Assembly: GCA_963712275.1 (NCBI GenBank)
Contig: CAVQHD010000001.1
Location: forward strand, 576,001-640,000
Length of the DNA: 64,000 bases
Source of the DNA: an uncultured Rhabdochlamydiaceae bacterium
GTDB lineage: Bacteria; Chlamydiota; Chlamydiia; Chlamydiales; Rhabdochlamydiaceae
Reading direction: 5' to 3'
Shown: positions 9,739 through 19,510 of the stretch, in pieces
Position numbering within the stretch: the stretch's first letter is position 1
How the letters are laid out: every line of letters starts with the position of its first letter
Position numbers and translations under genes: made by a program
Notes under the pieces: generated by a model
Told to the model about the DNA's origin: nothing
What the model saw: the letters and a program-made list of their open reading frames with translations, nothing else
Database searches by the model: none

Positions 9739-11079
9739 TTAAGGTCGGCGAAAACGGGTTGATCGAGTTTTCCCAACTCGTCTAATTTTTCCTTGGCGGA
9801 TCAATGCGTTAATACGCCGAGTTGCCGTCGAGCGTGAAATTGATAAAAGGCTTTGAATTTGATCTAGGGTGACTTCAGGGTGGATATCGAATAATGCAAA
9901 AATGAGATCGACTTCAGTTTTTAATTTTTTTGACTTTTTCACTCTAGGAAGAATGCATTTAACATAGTTTTCTCCTTCGATAAGCTGAGGATCAACCAAG
10001 TTCCGCTTTTCATACGAATCGAAAATTGTGATGAGGCCTGATCCAATTTTCTCTACATAGCCGGCCTCGCGAAAAACTTTGCAGATCATTGGATTGCGAA
10101 GATAGGTGATTCCTGCTCGAGGGTTTTTTAAGTTTAGGGGTCCAGGGAACTGGCCAGGGCTGAAGATCTCAATCCTATTTTCATAAATAGCAATCTTCGT
10201 TGGTGCTAAGATATGATAATTTCGATGGACAATGGCGTTTAATAAAGCTTCCCGTATGGCAACTGGAGGAATTTCCAATAGCTCAGTTCTTCGTGCTGAT
10301 TGGATTTTATAAGAGCGTGAAAGACGGCTTAAAATAAAATTTTCCGCCTGATGAAACTGATTAAAGAGATCTCCCTCACAGTCAATGGTAGCAAGCGCTT
10401 CACGTCCTGAAATTCCTTTAAAATGGGAGCAGATGATCATCGCTTCGCTCAAGAATTGCTGGGGATTTTTCCCAAATAGCAAAAGACCTGCTGTTGTTGC
10501 ATAAACTTTGGTATGCTCCTCGGCAATCAGATCATAGGCCTTAAGAGCAGCCTTGCTAGGTTCCATCTGGCCAGCATTCTTCCTATTCTTAAGGAACTGC
10601 CCGAACTTGTTTAGATCGATTGCTTCTTCACTTGCTCGATGCTGGGCCATCGTCTCAAAGGAAAGACCGCTTGATTGCCACTCGAGCTCTTGAATGAGTT
10701 CGGGCGTGGCTCGTAGAGTGCTTCGTCCGAGGCGGATGTAAGTCCCCTTTTCTCTACCCTCAGATTTGCGGTAGTAAGGTTTGTTCATGCCAGGGGAGAC
10801 TTCTATTTCAAGGACGCTTTTTTCATCGAATCGTCTGGAAAAAACACGGGGAATGATAGGGGGATATGTGGCCTCAAAGATGGCTTTTTCGATAGAATTC
10901 AGCGCATACTCAAGATCTTTGATGCTTAGACCTTCGATCTCTCCATTATCAGCGACGCCAATAATCAACTTTCCGCCATTTTGGTTACAAAAGCCAATGA
11001 CTGTTTTAAGGATCTGGTCATTCTTGGGAAGTTCTCTTTTGAACTCCATCATGGATGATTCTGATTCTGGATATCGCAT
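9739..11079 (-). CDS. AlbA_2/Schlafen-like domain + HATPase_c_4 (RecG C-terminal-like) + C-terminal HTH protein
   Basis: ESSMMEFKRE, F.NQNGGKLIIGVADNG, AIREALLNAIVHRNY, RIEIFSPG, RNPMI, EKIGSG, C-terminal HTH. Confidence 0.88.
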   Translation of the reverse strand: MRYPESESSMMEFKRELPKNDQILKTVIGFCNQNGGKLIIGVADNGEIEGLSIKDLEYALNSIEKAIFEATYPPIIPRVFSRRFDEKSVLEIEVSPGMNKPYYRKSEGREKGTYIRLGRSTLRATPELIQELEWQSSGLSFETMAQHRASEEAIDLNKFGQFLKNRKNAGQMEPSKAALKAYDLIAEEHTKVYATTAGLLLFGKNPQQFLSEAMIICSHFKGISGREALATIDCEGDLFNQFHQAENFILSRLSRSYKIQSARRTELLEIPPVAIREALLNAIVHRNYHILAPTKIAIYENRIEIFSPGQFPGPLNLKNPRAGITYLRNPMICKVFREAGYVEKIGSGLITIFDSYEKRNLVDPQLIEGENYVKCILPRVKKSKKLKTEVDLIFALFDIHPEVTLDQIQSLLSISRSTATRRINALIRQGKIRRVGKTRSTRFRRP

Positions 11080-11093
11080 GCATTTAACTCATT

Positions 11094-11235
11094 TGATTCA
11101 ATTTTGAGTCAACCCCTCATTTTGAGTCAAATGATTTAAATTGACATGGACTGATTTGAGTCATTTGAGTCACGCGGTTTTGACATGATTCAAATTAAGT
11201 GATTTATAGTCAATAGGTTATATTACTTTGAATCA
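11094..11235. promoter_or_regulatory. Cluster of seven TGA(G/T/A)TCA heptamers upstream of the AlbA_2-HTH gene; putative operator array
   Basis: Heptamers start at 11094, 11105, 11123, 11157, 11166, 11186 and 11229. Confidence 0.55.
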
Positions 11236-11275
11236 CCCATTGGAAAAATGAGGCGGTCGGCGGGGTTAACATTTT

Positions 11276-13120
11276 TTAAACCCCCTTCCTTGATGATCGA
11301 AGAGTTACCCATCCAAGGCCGAGAGCAAGAAGGAGAAAGAGGGCGATGCCAAGGGAGTCTGGCAGGAGAGGTTCGGCGTCGATGTCAATCCATCCGACAA
11401 CGGAGAGAAAGGCGATGATGACTCCCATGCAGGCATCGCCGGCAACGAGGCCCGACGAGGTTAAAATGCCCCGCTCCAAAGTCTCTTTTTCAGAGGTTCT
11501 TTTCTTTACAAAGAGAGAAACAATCCCTCCAAGCATCATGGGGGTGCTTAAAGAGAGGGGGAGGTAGAGGCCAAGGGCAAATGGCAGAATGGGAATTTTC
11601 AGCATTTCAAGAAGAAAGGCGACCACAACTCCAATTGAGACGAGCGTGAATGGAATGTTTCCCTCAATGACTCCTTGCGCAACGAGCGCCATCATGGTGC
11701 CTTGAGGCGCGGGGAGGGTTTTGGAGCCAAACCCATAGGTTTGACTGAGAAGAAAAACAGTTGCTCCAATGGCAATTGCTGGAAGAAAGACGCCGATGAT
11801 TTCAGCAAGCTGTTGGGTGCGAGGGGTAGCTCCGACAATGTATCCTGTTTTTAAATCTTGAGAGGTGGTCGATGCAAGACAAATCGCAACGTTAGCCACA
11901 ATAGCCATCGTGAGCGCTGCAATTAAATAAAATCTCTCTGTCCAGCCGAGAGCGACAAAAATAAGGCATGTGATGAGAAGCGTTGTAATTGTCATTCCCG
12001 AGACGGGATTTGAGGTGCTTCCGACGATTCCAACGGTGAGGGAGGTGACTGCCACAAAGAAAAAGCCTAGAATAACAAGAAGAAGAATGGTGAGCAGGTT
12101 CATGGGAATCCCTGGAAGGAGCCAGAGCGTTAGGATGATGGCAAGAGATCCGAGGACAAGCCACCGCAGAGAGATGTCTTTATCTGTGCGTATGATGTCG
12201 GGGGTCAAGGAGATTTGAAAGAGTTCTTTGAAGCCATGGTGGATTGTTTTCCAAATGAGAGGGGCGACGTTGAGTAAACTGAGAATGCCTCCGGTGGCAA
12301 CGGCTCCTGCTCCAATGTACCGAATATAACTGGACCAGACGTCATCTGCAGACATTTGACTCACTGGAATGGAGGCAGGGTAGATGGCTTCGAGAGAAGT
12401 ATCAAACATTTTGATTAGAGGGATGAGAACCCACCATCCAAAAGCGCCTCCTGCAAAAATAATGGACGAAATACGGGTTCCAATAATATAGCCGACTCCC
12501 AAAAGGGCAGGTGTCGCATCTAGGCTGAATTCAGTTTTCTGAAACTGCGGGATTACCCAGCTAAATGTTTCACGAAAAAAGTGGATTCCATTGGATAAAA
12601 ATTTATAAACTGCTCCAACCCCAATTCCTAACATAGCCATGAGAGCGCCTGAGCCACGCGATTCGCCTGATTTTAAAATTTCTGCGCAGGCGGTTCCTTC
12701 GGGGAAAGGAAGCTTTCCATGCTCTTTGACGATGATATAACGTCTCATGGGGATCATGAAAAGGACTCCTAAAATCCCTCCAAGGCTTGAGAGAATAAAA
12801 ATCCGAAAAAGGGAAATCGTCTCTCCCAAAAGAAAGAGAGCCGGTACTGTAAAAATCACTCCGGCAGCAAGTCCTTCTCCGACCGATGCAATTGTCTGTA
12901 CCAGATTGTTCTCTAAAATGGTGACACGCCGAAAGAAGGTTCGAAGAATGGCCATCGAAAGAACAGCAGCAGGAATGGAGGCGGAGACGGTTGTTCCAAC
13001 CTTCAATCCTAAATAAGCGTTTCCGACGCCAAAGACAAGGCCGAGGATAAGTCCTAGAATTACAGCCCTGACAGAAAACTCTGATAATTTTGAACTAGCT
13101 GACACATAGGGTTTAAACAT
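11276..13120 (-). CDS. Oligopeptide transporter, OPT family
   Basis: NAYLGLKVGTTVSASIPAAV, ENNLVQTIAS, LPFPEGTACAEIL, QDLKTGYIVGATP. Confidence 0.95.
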   Translation of the reverse strand: MFKPYVSASSKLSEFSVRAVILGLILGLVFGVGNAYLGLKVGTTVSASIPAAVLSMAILRTFFRRVTILENNLVQTIASVGEGLAAGVIFTVPALFLLGETISLFRIFILSSLGGILGVLFMIPMRRYIIVKEHGKLPFPEGTACAEILKSGESRGSGALMAMLGIGVGAVYKFLSNGIHFFRETFSWVIPQFQKTEFSLDATPALLGVGYIIGTRISSIIFAGGAFGWWVLIPLIKMFDTSLEAIYPASIPVSQMSADDVWSSYIRYIGAGAVATGGILSLLNVAPLIWKTIHHGFKELFQISLTPDIIRTDKDISLRWLVLGSLAIILTLWLLPGIPMNLLTILLLVILGFFFVAVTSLTVGIVGSTSNPVSGMTITTLLITCLIFVALGWTERFYLIAALTMAIVANVAICLASTTSQDLKTGYIVGATPRTQQLAEIIGVFLPAIAIGATVFLLSQTYGFGSKTLPAPQGTMMALVAQGVIEGNIPFTLVSIGVVVAFLLEMLKIPILPFALGLYLPLSLSTPMMLGGIVSLFVKKRTSEKETLERGILTSSGLVAGDACMGVIIAFLSVVGWIDIDAEPLLPDSLGIALFLLLALGLGWVTLRSSRKGV

Positions 13121-13198
13121 AAGATCCTTTTTTAAATCTGGTAAAAGATTGCCGATTTTTTTATCTACAATTAAATTTTTTTGTTTACAATTCCTTCA

Positions 13199-13227
13199 TT
13201 GAGGGAATCCATCCATCAAGGTATAAT
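13199..13227 (+). promoter_or_regulatory. Sigma66/sigma70-type promoter of the suf operon
   Basis: TTGAGG-N17-TATAAT ending 6 nt before the sufB ATG. Confidence 0.55.
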
Positions 13228-13233
13228 GATGCT

Positions 13234-14658
13234 ATGACGGTCGAGCACATAGATTATAAATACGGTTTTACAACCGAGATTGAAACAGAGTCGATTCCAA
13301 AAGGGCTTTCAGAGGAGACGGTTCGTTTAATTTCAGAGAAGAAAAAAGAACCCTTTTTTCTACTAGAGTTTCGGTTAAAAGCCTACCACCGATGGAAGGA
13401 GATGTCGCCTCCAACATGGGGACATGTCTCCTTTCCTCCGATTGACTATCAAAATATTTGTTATTATTCTGCTCCGAAAAAGAAACAGCAGCTCAGCAGT
13501 TTAGCTGAAGTCGACCCGGAGCTTCTTAGGACATTTGAGAGGCTGGGGGTTCCGCTCGACGAACAGAAGAGGCTGACGAATGTGGCTGTCGACGTAGTCT
13601 TTGATTCGGTCTCCTTAGGAACTACATTTCAAAACGAGCTGAAGAAAGCAGGAGTTGTGCTCTCTTCGATTTCAGAAGCCGTTGAAAGTTACCCCGAATT
13701 GATTGAGAAGTACTTAGGGAGCGTTGTTCCGATCGGAGATAATTATTACGCAGCGTTGAACTCCGCGGTTTTTTCCGATGGATCGTTTGTTTATGTTCCG
13801 AAGGGAGTTCGATGTCCAATGGAGCTTTCAACCTATTTTCGAATTAATGATAAAGAGACGGGCCAGTTTGAACGAACTTTGGTCATCGCAGAAGAGGGGT
13901 CGTACGTTAGCTATCTGGAGGGGTGCACAGCTCCAGCCTATGATAAAAACCAGCTCCATGCGGCAATAGTCGAGCTGATTGCTCTAGATCATGCCGAAAT
14001 CAAATATTCAACGGTTCAAAATTGGTATTCTGGCGACCCTAAAACGGGGGCAGGGGGAATTTATAACTTTGTAACGAAGAGGGGGCGGTGTGCAGGCCGC
14101 CGTTCCAAAATCTGTTGGACGCAAGTTGAGGCAGGCGCTGCGATTACGTGGAAATATCCGAGCTGTATCTTGCAAGGAGACGATTCTGTAGGGGAGTTTT
14201 ACTCGGTGGCATTAACAAGTGGAAAAATGCAGGCTGACACGGGAACAAAGATGATTCATCTGGGGAAGCGGACCCGTTCGACGATTATTTCTAAGGGTAT
14301 TTCCGCTGACCAGTCACATAACTCTTACCGAGGTCTTGTTAAAATGGCTCCTCGTGCAGAATCAGCTCGTAATTATACTCAATGCGATTCGATGCTCGTT
14401 GGAAATCAGTGCTCTGCAAATACCTTTCCATCGATTGAAGTCGCGCACGCTTCAGCTCGGGTTGAGCATGAGGCGTCGACATCGAAGATGAGCGAAGAGC
14501 AGCTCAATTACCTTCGGTCTCGAGGGATTTCTCTCGAAGATGCGATCAACCTTGTGGTGAGTGGTTTTTGCAAAGATGTCTTTTGCAAGCTGCCGCTCGA
14601 ATTTGCAGTCGAGGCGCAAAAGCTGCTCGGTATGAAACTTGAAAAATCGGTGGGTTAA
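13234..14658 (+). CDS. sufB: Fe-S cluster assembly protein SufB
   Basis: [46 protein letters not shown]. Confidence 0.98.
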   Translation: MTVEHIDYKYGFTTEIETESIPKGLSEETVRLISEKKKEPFFLLEFRLKAYHRWKEMSPPTWGHVSFPPIDYQNICYYSAPKKKQQLSSLAEVDPELLRTFERLGVPLDEQKRLTNVAVDVVFDSVSLGTTFQNELKKAGVVLSSISEAVESYPELIEKYLGSVVPIGDNYYAALNSAVFSDGSFVYVPKGVRCPMELSTYFRINDKETGQFERTLVIAEEGSYVSYLEGCTAPAYDKNQLHAAIVELIALDHAEIKYSTVQNWYSGDPKTGAGGIYNFVTKRGRCAGRRSKICWTQVEAGAAITWKYPSCILQGDDSVGEFYSVALTSGKMQADTGTKMIHLGKRTRSTIISKGISADQSHNSYRGLVKMAPRAESARNYTQCDSMLVGNQCSANTFPSIEVAHASARVEHEASTSKMSEEQLNYLRSRGISLEDAINLVVSGFCKDVFCKLPLEFAVEAQKLLGMKLEKSVG

Positions 14659-14661
14659 ACA

Positions 14662-15384
14662 ATGTTAGAGATTCGGGATTTAGAGGTCAGTATCGACGGC
14701 AAGCCGATCTTAAAGCGGTTTTCGCTTAAGATTTTACCTGGAGAAGTACATGCGATCATGGGCCCTAACGGAGCTGGAAAATCGACTCTTGCCCAAGTTT
14801 TAGTCGGCCATCCGAGTTATGAGGTGGTGGGAGGAGAGATTTGGTTTCAGGGGCAAAATATTGTTTCGATGGAGCCTGAAGAGAGGGCTAGAATGGGGCT
14901 TTTTTTGAGCTTTCAATACCCTGCTGAAATTCCGGGCCTCACTAATTTTCAATTTCTTCATGCCGCTTATCAAGCTTGTAAGGGGGCGATTTCGGAGGAG
15001 CAGTTTGAAATGATCCTTCAGCAAAAAATGGAGCTTGTCAATGTCCGCCCAGAATTTAAAACACGACCTCTCAATGAAGGGTTCTCTGGAGGGGAAAAGA
15101 AAAAAAATGAACTTCTTCAGATGGCTGTTTTAGAGCCTAAACTTGCGATCTTAGATGAGATTGACTCAGGGCTTGATATTGATGCGATGAAAGATGTGTC
15201 GCAAGGGGTTAAGGCCCTTTTAAACAAAGATCGAGCTGTTTTGATTGTGACGCACTATCAACGTCTTCTCGATTATCTTGTTCCTGACTACGTTCACATT
15301 GTTGTGGATGGACAAATTGTCAAAACAGGCTCTGCACAGCTAGCCCAAGAATTAGAAAAACAAGGGTACAATGTCTACAGCTGA
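14662..15384 (+). CDS. sufC: Fe-S cluster assembly ATPase SufC
   Basis: GPNGAGKST, NEGFSGGEKKKNE, LDEIDSGLDIDA, VTHYQRLL. Confidence 0.98.
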   Translation: MLEIRDLEVSIDGKPILKRFSLKILPGEVHAIMGPNGAGKSTLAQVLVGHPSYEVVGGEIWFQGQNIVSMEPEERARMGLFLSFQYPAEIPGLTNFQFLHAAYQACKGAISEEQFEMILQQKMELVNVRPEFKTRPLNEGFSGGEKKKNELLQMAVLEPKLAILDEIDSGLDIDAMKDVSQGVKALLNKDRAVLIVTHYQRLLDYLVPDYVHIVVDGQIVKTGSAQLAQELEKQGYNVYS

Positions 15385-16618
15385 TACTCTTGAGTCCCCT
15401 TTTTTTACGTCAGCCCAAGGGATTTTTTCTTCACAGAAGCACGTCAATCTTTTGCAGGGAAAAGCGTGGGATCGATTTTTAGAGCTGGGGCTTCCAGAAA
15501 AATCATCGGAGCTTTTTAAATATTTTCCTTTGAGAAAATTATACGACTTGCGGCTGACCCTTCCAGCTATCCTGCGGCCACCCAAAGAAGCAATTGAGAC
15601 GCATATTCTTCCAGAAGCAAAAGAAAGCTATCTCGTCTTTGTGGGAGGGCGGTTTTCTCCGGAGCTCTCAAAGCTCCCTTCTAGACTTGTGGCACTTCCT
15701 CTTCAAGAGGCGGTCAAAACTTATGGGCCGTTTCTTCAGCATCGACTCAATAAAAGCATTAAGGAGGAGAAAGACTCTTTTTCTCTCCTCAATCTAGCCC
15801 TCCAAGAAGAGGGGCTTTTCTGTTATCTGCCACCAAAGGTCAAGCTTGAGGCGCCTCTTCAAATCCTTTATTATGGAGAGGGAAGCGAATCTTACCACCC
15901 TGCTCGTTTACACCTTTTTTGTTCAGCAGAGTCTGAGTTGAAATCGATTTCTACGGTGGTGGGAGATGGAATTCATCATCTTGCGATGGATGGCGCCATT
16001 GAAGAAAAAGGGTCTTGGTCTCACATCGACATCTCTATCGATGGGTCAGGGGTGTGTCTGAGTGATTTTAAGGTGACGCTTAAAGAGGCGAGCTCTCTCA
16101 ATTATTTGGCTATTACAACCAGTTCTCGTCTTACAAGAAATCGATTAAGAGTGTCTCTCATGGGTGAGAGGGCAAATGTGCTTCTTCAGGGATTTTGGCA
16201 TCTTTACGGAAGTTGTCAAAGCCATACGCATGTCCATGTGGAGCACGCAGCTCCTTTGACAACATCACTCCAAAAATTTAAAGGGATTTTAGAAGGGCAG
16301 TCTCAGTCGAGCTTTGCAGGAAAAATTTATATCCATCCCGAAGCGCAAAAAACAGAGGCGTACCAGCTGAATCATAATCTTCTCTTAAGCGAAGGGGCAC
16401 TGGCAAATGCAAGGCCTAACCTTGAAATTTTTGCAGACGATGTCAAAGCCTCTCACGGAGCAACGGTATCGCGGGTGGATGAACAGCAACTTTTTTACCT
16501 CTTAAGCCGAGGGATTACGAGGGCAGCTGCAAAGGAGCTGCTTGTGCGTGGTTTTATTCAAGAGGTTTTAGATCAAATCCCCTACCCCAGCTTGCTACGA
16601 TTGTATGAGCCTATTTAA
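15371..16618 (+). CDS. sufD: Fe-S cluster assembly protein SufD
   Basis: AQKTEAYQLNHNLLL, PNLEIFADDVKASHGATV, FYLLSRGI. Confidence 0.95.
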   Translation: MSTADTLESPFFTSAQGIFSSQKHVNLLQGKAWDRFLELGLPEKSSELFKYFPLRKLYDLRLTLPAILRPPKEAIETHILPEAKESYLVFVGGRFSPELSKLPSRLVALPLQEAVKTYGPFLQHRLNKSIKEEKDSFSLLNLALQEEGLFCYLPPKVKLEAPLQILYYGEGSESYHPARLHLFCSAESELKSISTVVGDGIHHLAMDGAIEEKGSWSHIDISIDGSGVCLSDFKVTLKEASSLNYLAITTSSRLTRNRLRVSLMGERANVLLQGFWHLYGSCQSHTHVHVEHAAPLTTSLQKFKGILEGQSQSSFAGKIYIHPEAQKTEAYQLNHNLLLSEGALANARPNLEIFADDVKASHGATVSRVDEQQLFYLLSRGITRAAAKELLVRGFIQEVLDQIPYPSLLRLYEPI

Positions 16619-17987
16619 GCGAACTGATTTTCCGATGCTAAGCAAAAGGGTCCATGGCAAGCCGCTCGTTTATCTCGATTCGGCAGCGACCTCTTTAAAG
16701 CCAAACTGTGTCATTGATGCAATGACGCAGTTTTATCAAACTTCTTATGGAACAGTCCATCGGGCAGCCTATGCGCTCTCTTCTGAAGCGACCGCCCGCT
16801 ATCAAGGTGTGCGAGAAAAAATCCAGCGGTTTATCAACGCTTCTTTGCCCGAGGAAGTTGTTTTTACACGTGGAACAACGGAAGGGATCAATTTAATCGC
16901 GCGAAGTTATGGAGATGCCTTTCTAAAGCCAGGTGATGAGATCCTTATTTCGGGTCAAGAGCACCATTCTAACATTGTGCCGTGGCAGCTGCTCTCCTCA
17001 CGCACGGGGGCGTATCTCAAGGTGATTCCGCTCCATCCAGACGGGCAAATTGATTTAGAGCGGTTTCACGACCTTTTGAGTGAAAGGACACGGCTCGTCT
17101 CAGTCGCACAGATTTCGAATGTCTTAGGAATTCATAATCCTTTGCAAGAGATCATTTCTGCAGCCCACCGTATCGGGGCAAAAGTGGTTGTCGATGCCGC
17201 TCAAAGCGCCCCTCATGTTCCTTTAGATGTCCAGGCGCTTGACCCCGATTTTTTAGTCTTTTCTTCCCATAAGCTTTATGGGCCGACAGGAGTCGGAGTG
17301 CTCTTTGGAAAGAAAGAGATTTTACGTCAGATGCCTCCCTATCAAGGTGGAGGAGATATGATCCAAACAGTCACCTTTGAAAAGACCACCTACCAAGACC
17401 CGCCGCTCCGATTTGAAGCGGGGACTCCGATGATTGCAGAAGTGATTGGCCTTGGAGCTGCAATTGATTATTTACAGACTTATGAGCCAGTTGCAAAACT
17501 CCAATTTGGGGCCAAATCCGCGCTTTTGCCGCTGGATTCCTTTTCTCCGCAAATCGCCTACTCTGAGTCGAGTATGTCAATTTGCGGAGAAAAGGACCCA
17601 GCGGCAAATTCATCGAATTTGGCCTCCAAAGCGAGTTTTGCAACTGGCTCTTATGGCGCTATTCAAGAGTATGAGCATCAGCTGATGCAGCTGGCCCTGC
17701 AATCGCTTCCAGCTGAAGTGAGCGTTCTAGGCCCTCGTGAGGGACGCTGTTCTTTAGTGACGTTTCAGGTGCCAGGAATTCATCCGCTTGACCTTGCGAC
17801 TCTACTCGATCTTCAAGGGATTGCCGTTCGGTCAGGGCACCTCTGTGCTCAACCGCTTCTTCGTCACTTTGGCCAGGTAGCGGCGGTCCGCTTCTCCCTT
17901 GCGCCTTATAATACACCAGATGAAGTTGTTTATTTTTGTGAAATACTCAAAAACTCGATTCTCAAATTTATAATGCCCAGGCTTTAG
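16605..17987 (+). CDS. sufS: Cysteine desulfurase SufS carrying a 57-aa in-frame palindromic insertion
   Basis: YLDSAATS, EHHSNIVPW, SSHKLYGPTG, FEAGTP, RSGHLCAQP; 460 aa, or 403 aa without the insert. Confidence 0.95.
   Translation: MSLFKRTDFPMLSKRVHGKPLVYLDSAATSLKPNCVIDAMTQFYQTSYGTVHRAAYALSSEATARYQGVREKIQRFINASLPEEVVFTRGTTEGINLIARSYGDAFLKPGDEILISGQEHHSNIVPWQLLSSRTGAYLKVIPLHPDGQIDLERFHDLLSERTRLVSVAQISNVLGIHNPLQEIISAAHRIGAKVVVDAAQSAPHVPLDVQALDPDFLVFSSHKLYGPTGVGVLFGKKEILRQMPPYQGGGDMIQTVTFEKTTYQDPPLRFEAGTPMIAEVIGLGAAIDYLQTYEPVAKLQFGAKSALLPLDSFSPQIAYSESSMSICGEKDPAANSSNLASKASFATGSYGAIQEYEHQLMQLALQSLPAEVSVLGPREGRCSLVTFQVPGIHPLDLATLLDLQGIAVRSGHLCAQPLLRHFGQVAAVRFSLAPYNTPDEVVYFCEILKNSILKFIMPRL
17484..17650. 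mobile_element. Palindromic MITE inserted in frame in sufS (RPE-like)
   Basis: 18-bp perfect terminal inverted repeat GAGCCAGTTGCAAAACTC; the whole element folds back on itself; CTTATG direct repeat at 17479 and 17650, 171 bp apart. Confidence 0.9.
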
Positions 17988-18009
17988 AGCCTCTAAAGCC
18001 TGGGACATT
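17972..18009. terminator. Hairpin between convergent sufS and porin genes; likely bidirectional terminator
   Basis: AATGCCCAGGCTTTAGA / TCTAAAGCCTGGGACATT inverted repeat. Confidence 0.7.
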
Positions 18010-18018
18010 CAAGAATGA

Positions 18019-19134
18019 TTAGAAATCAAATCGAGCTTGGAAGGTCACACCGCTCAGTGCAATATCCCCTTGGTTAAAGGTATACTTGCCTTGAACTTGG
18101 CTATCCACAAAGTTGAGATCTTTGTCAAACCCGGAGAGCATATGCTGTTCCCAGCCGAGTTGGAGTCGGATCCGGTAGACGTCGTTGTAAAAAAGATGGT
18201 CCCAACGAAGCCCTAAACCAAGATCTGTCATGGTTCGAACAATAGTCCAAACATCTTGAGCATGAGCAAACCGTGTTGAGTTTCCATTAGGATCAACGGA
18301 ATCTTGAGCTTCATGAAGACGTTGTTTCCCATAAATGAGAGAGATCGCACCTTGTCCGTAAATACTCCATCCCCAGCCAAGGCCCCATTGAGAATCGAGT
18401 CCTGCGCGAAGGCCTCCGCCTCGGAAGCGGTTATTAAATTTCTCTTTGAGCGTTGGCGTATTGACTAAAGCACCGGTACCGAGGGTTCCACCTTGATACT
18501 TGACTGTCATATTACGATGAGCCCATAGTCCTCGAACGCCCATGAAAGGACGAAGAGTAAGCCATTTGCTCACAAAGAATTCGCGGCCCATTTCAAAATC
18601 GAGATAGTCGAACTTAAGATGTGTGCGTCCTTTTGCACGAGCAACAAGGGCAGATGCAACTGCGACATTATTTGTGGGATTTGTCCAGGTTTGAATAATG
18701 GATTCAGGAGCTTCAGGATTGGAAGATTGATCTTCATTAGACCGGAACCAACTATAGTTCAAGAGCATATCCCAGCCGTCGTGCGGTAGGTTATAGCCGA
18801 TCCCTGCGCGCCATCCCCAACTCCAGTCGTAGGAGATGTTTTTTACTTTTCCATCAAAAAATGAGCTGTTTTCTTGTTTGATTCCGTAGCTCACCCCATC
18901 TTCTGTGGCATGCATGTAAAGAACATCGGCTTGCAGCCAAAGGTCAATGCCATCTTTGACAACAGGACGTGCAGGTGGGTTGATCATTCCATTTGCACCG
19001 CGGCGTTGTTCTAAAGCGCTGACACGGTTTTCAAGGTTGCGGACTTGCATGTCATCTACAGCGGACAAAGCAGAGGTCAAGCCAACCAGTGACATTGCCA
19101 ACAAGGGCAATATTTTATTGAGTTTATTAGTCAT
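18019..19134 (-). CDS. MOMP-like / Lpg1974-type outer membrane porin
   Basis: Signal peptide, WSWGWRAGIGY..HDGWD, DFEMGREFFVSKWLTLRPFMG, C-terminal RFDF. Confidence 0.85.
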   Translation of the reverse strand: MTNKLNKILPLLAMSLVGLTSALSAVDDMQVRNLENRVSALEQRRGANGMINPPARPVVKDGIDLWLQADVLYMHATEDGVSYGIKQENSSFFDGKVKNISYDWSWGWRAGIGYNLPHDGWDMLLNYSWFRSNEDQSSNPEAPESIIQTWTNPTNNVAVASALVARAKGRTHLKFDYLDFEMGREFFVSKWLTLRPFMGVRGLWAHRNMTVKYQGGTLGTGALVNTPTLKEKFNNRFRGGGLRAGLDSQWGLGWGWSIYGQGAISLIYGKQRLHEAQDSVDPNGNSTRFAHAQDVWTIVRTMTDLGLGLRWDHLFYNDVYRIRLQLGWEQHMLSGFDKDLNFVDSQVQGKYTFNQGDIALSGVTFQARFDF

Positions 19135-19510
19135 TGAGATCCCCCTGGGTTTGGATCGTTTTCGGTTCATTTTGTCACTTCTCTCTTCTCAGAAAGAAGC
19201 AGCGGAAGTTAAACATATCAATTCAACGTCGACGTGAAGCTGTGCGAGTTGATACGGTTCAATCTACGAATAAAATCCATTTCACGTCAAACAAAATCAG
19301 TGCAGTAGATGTTTTCAGCCTTTCGAGGGAGTTTTGCGAACTCTCTTATAAATATCTTCTAAGAACACAGAGAAAAAATTATCGGCGCTGGAATATAAAT
19401 GATCGATAAACGATAATTTCGTTTGTCTGCGAGGCTCTTTCTCACATATCTGGTATGTGAATGTGAGAGCCGCGCAGCCTTTAAATTATTCGGACTTGAA
19501 GGACACGGCT

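Noticed and set aside
11094..11235. Repeats as a CRISPR array or plasmid iterons
   Set aside because: Units are only 7-10 bp with irregular spacing, and no cas or rep gene is nearby
17484..17654. sufS insertion as an intein or intron
   Set aside because: Only 57 aa, with no Cys/Ser start or His-Asn end and no group I/II intron motifs; DNA palindromy and flanking direct repeats fit a MITE
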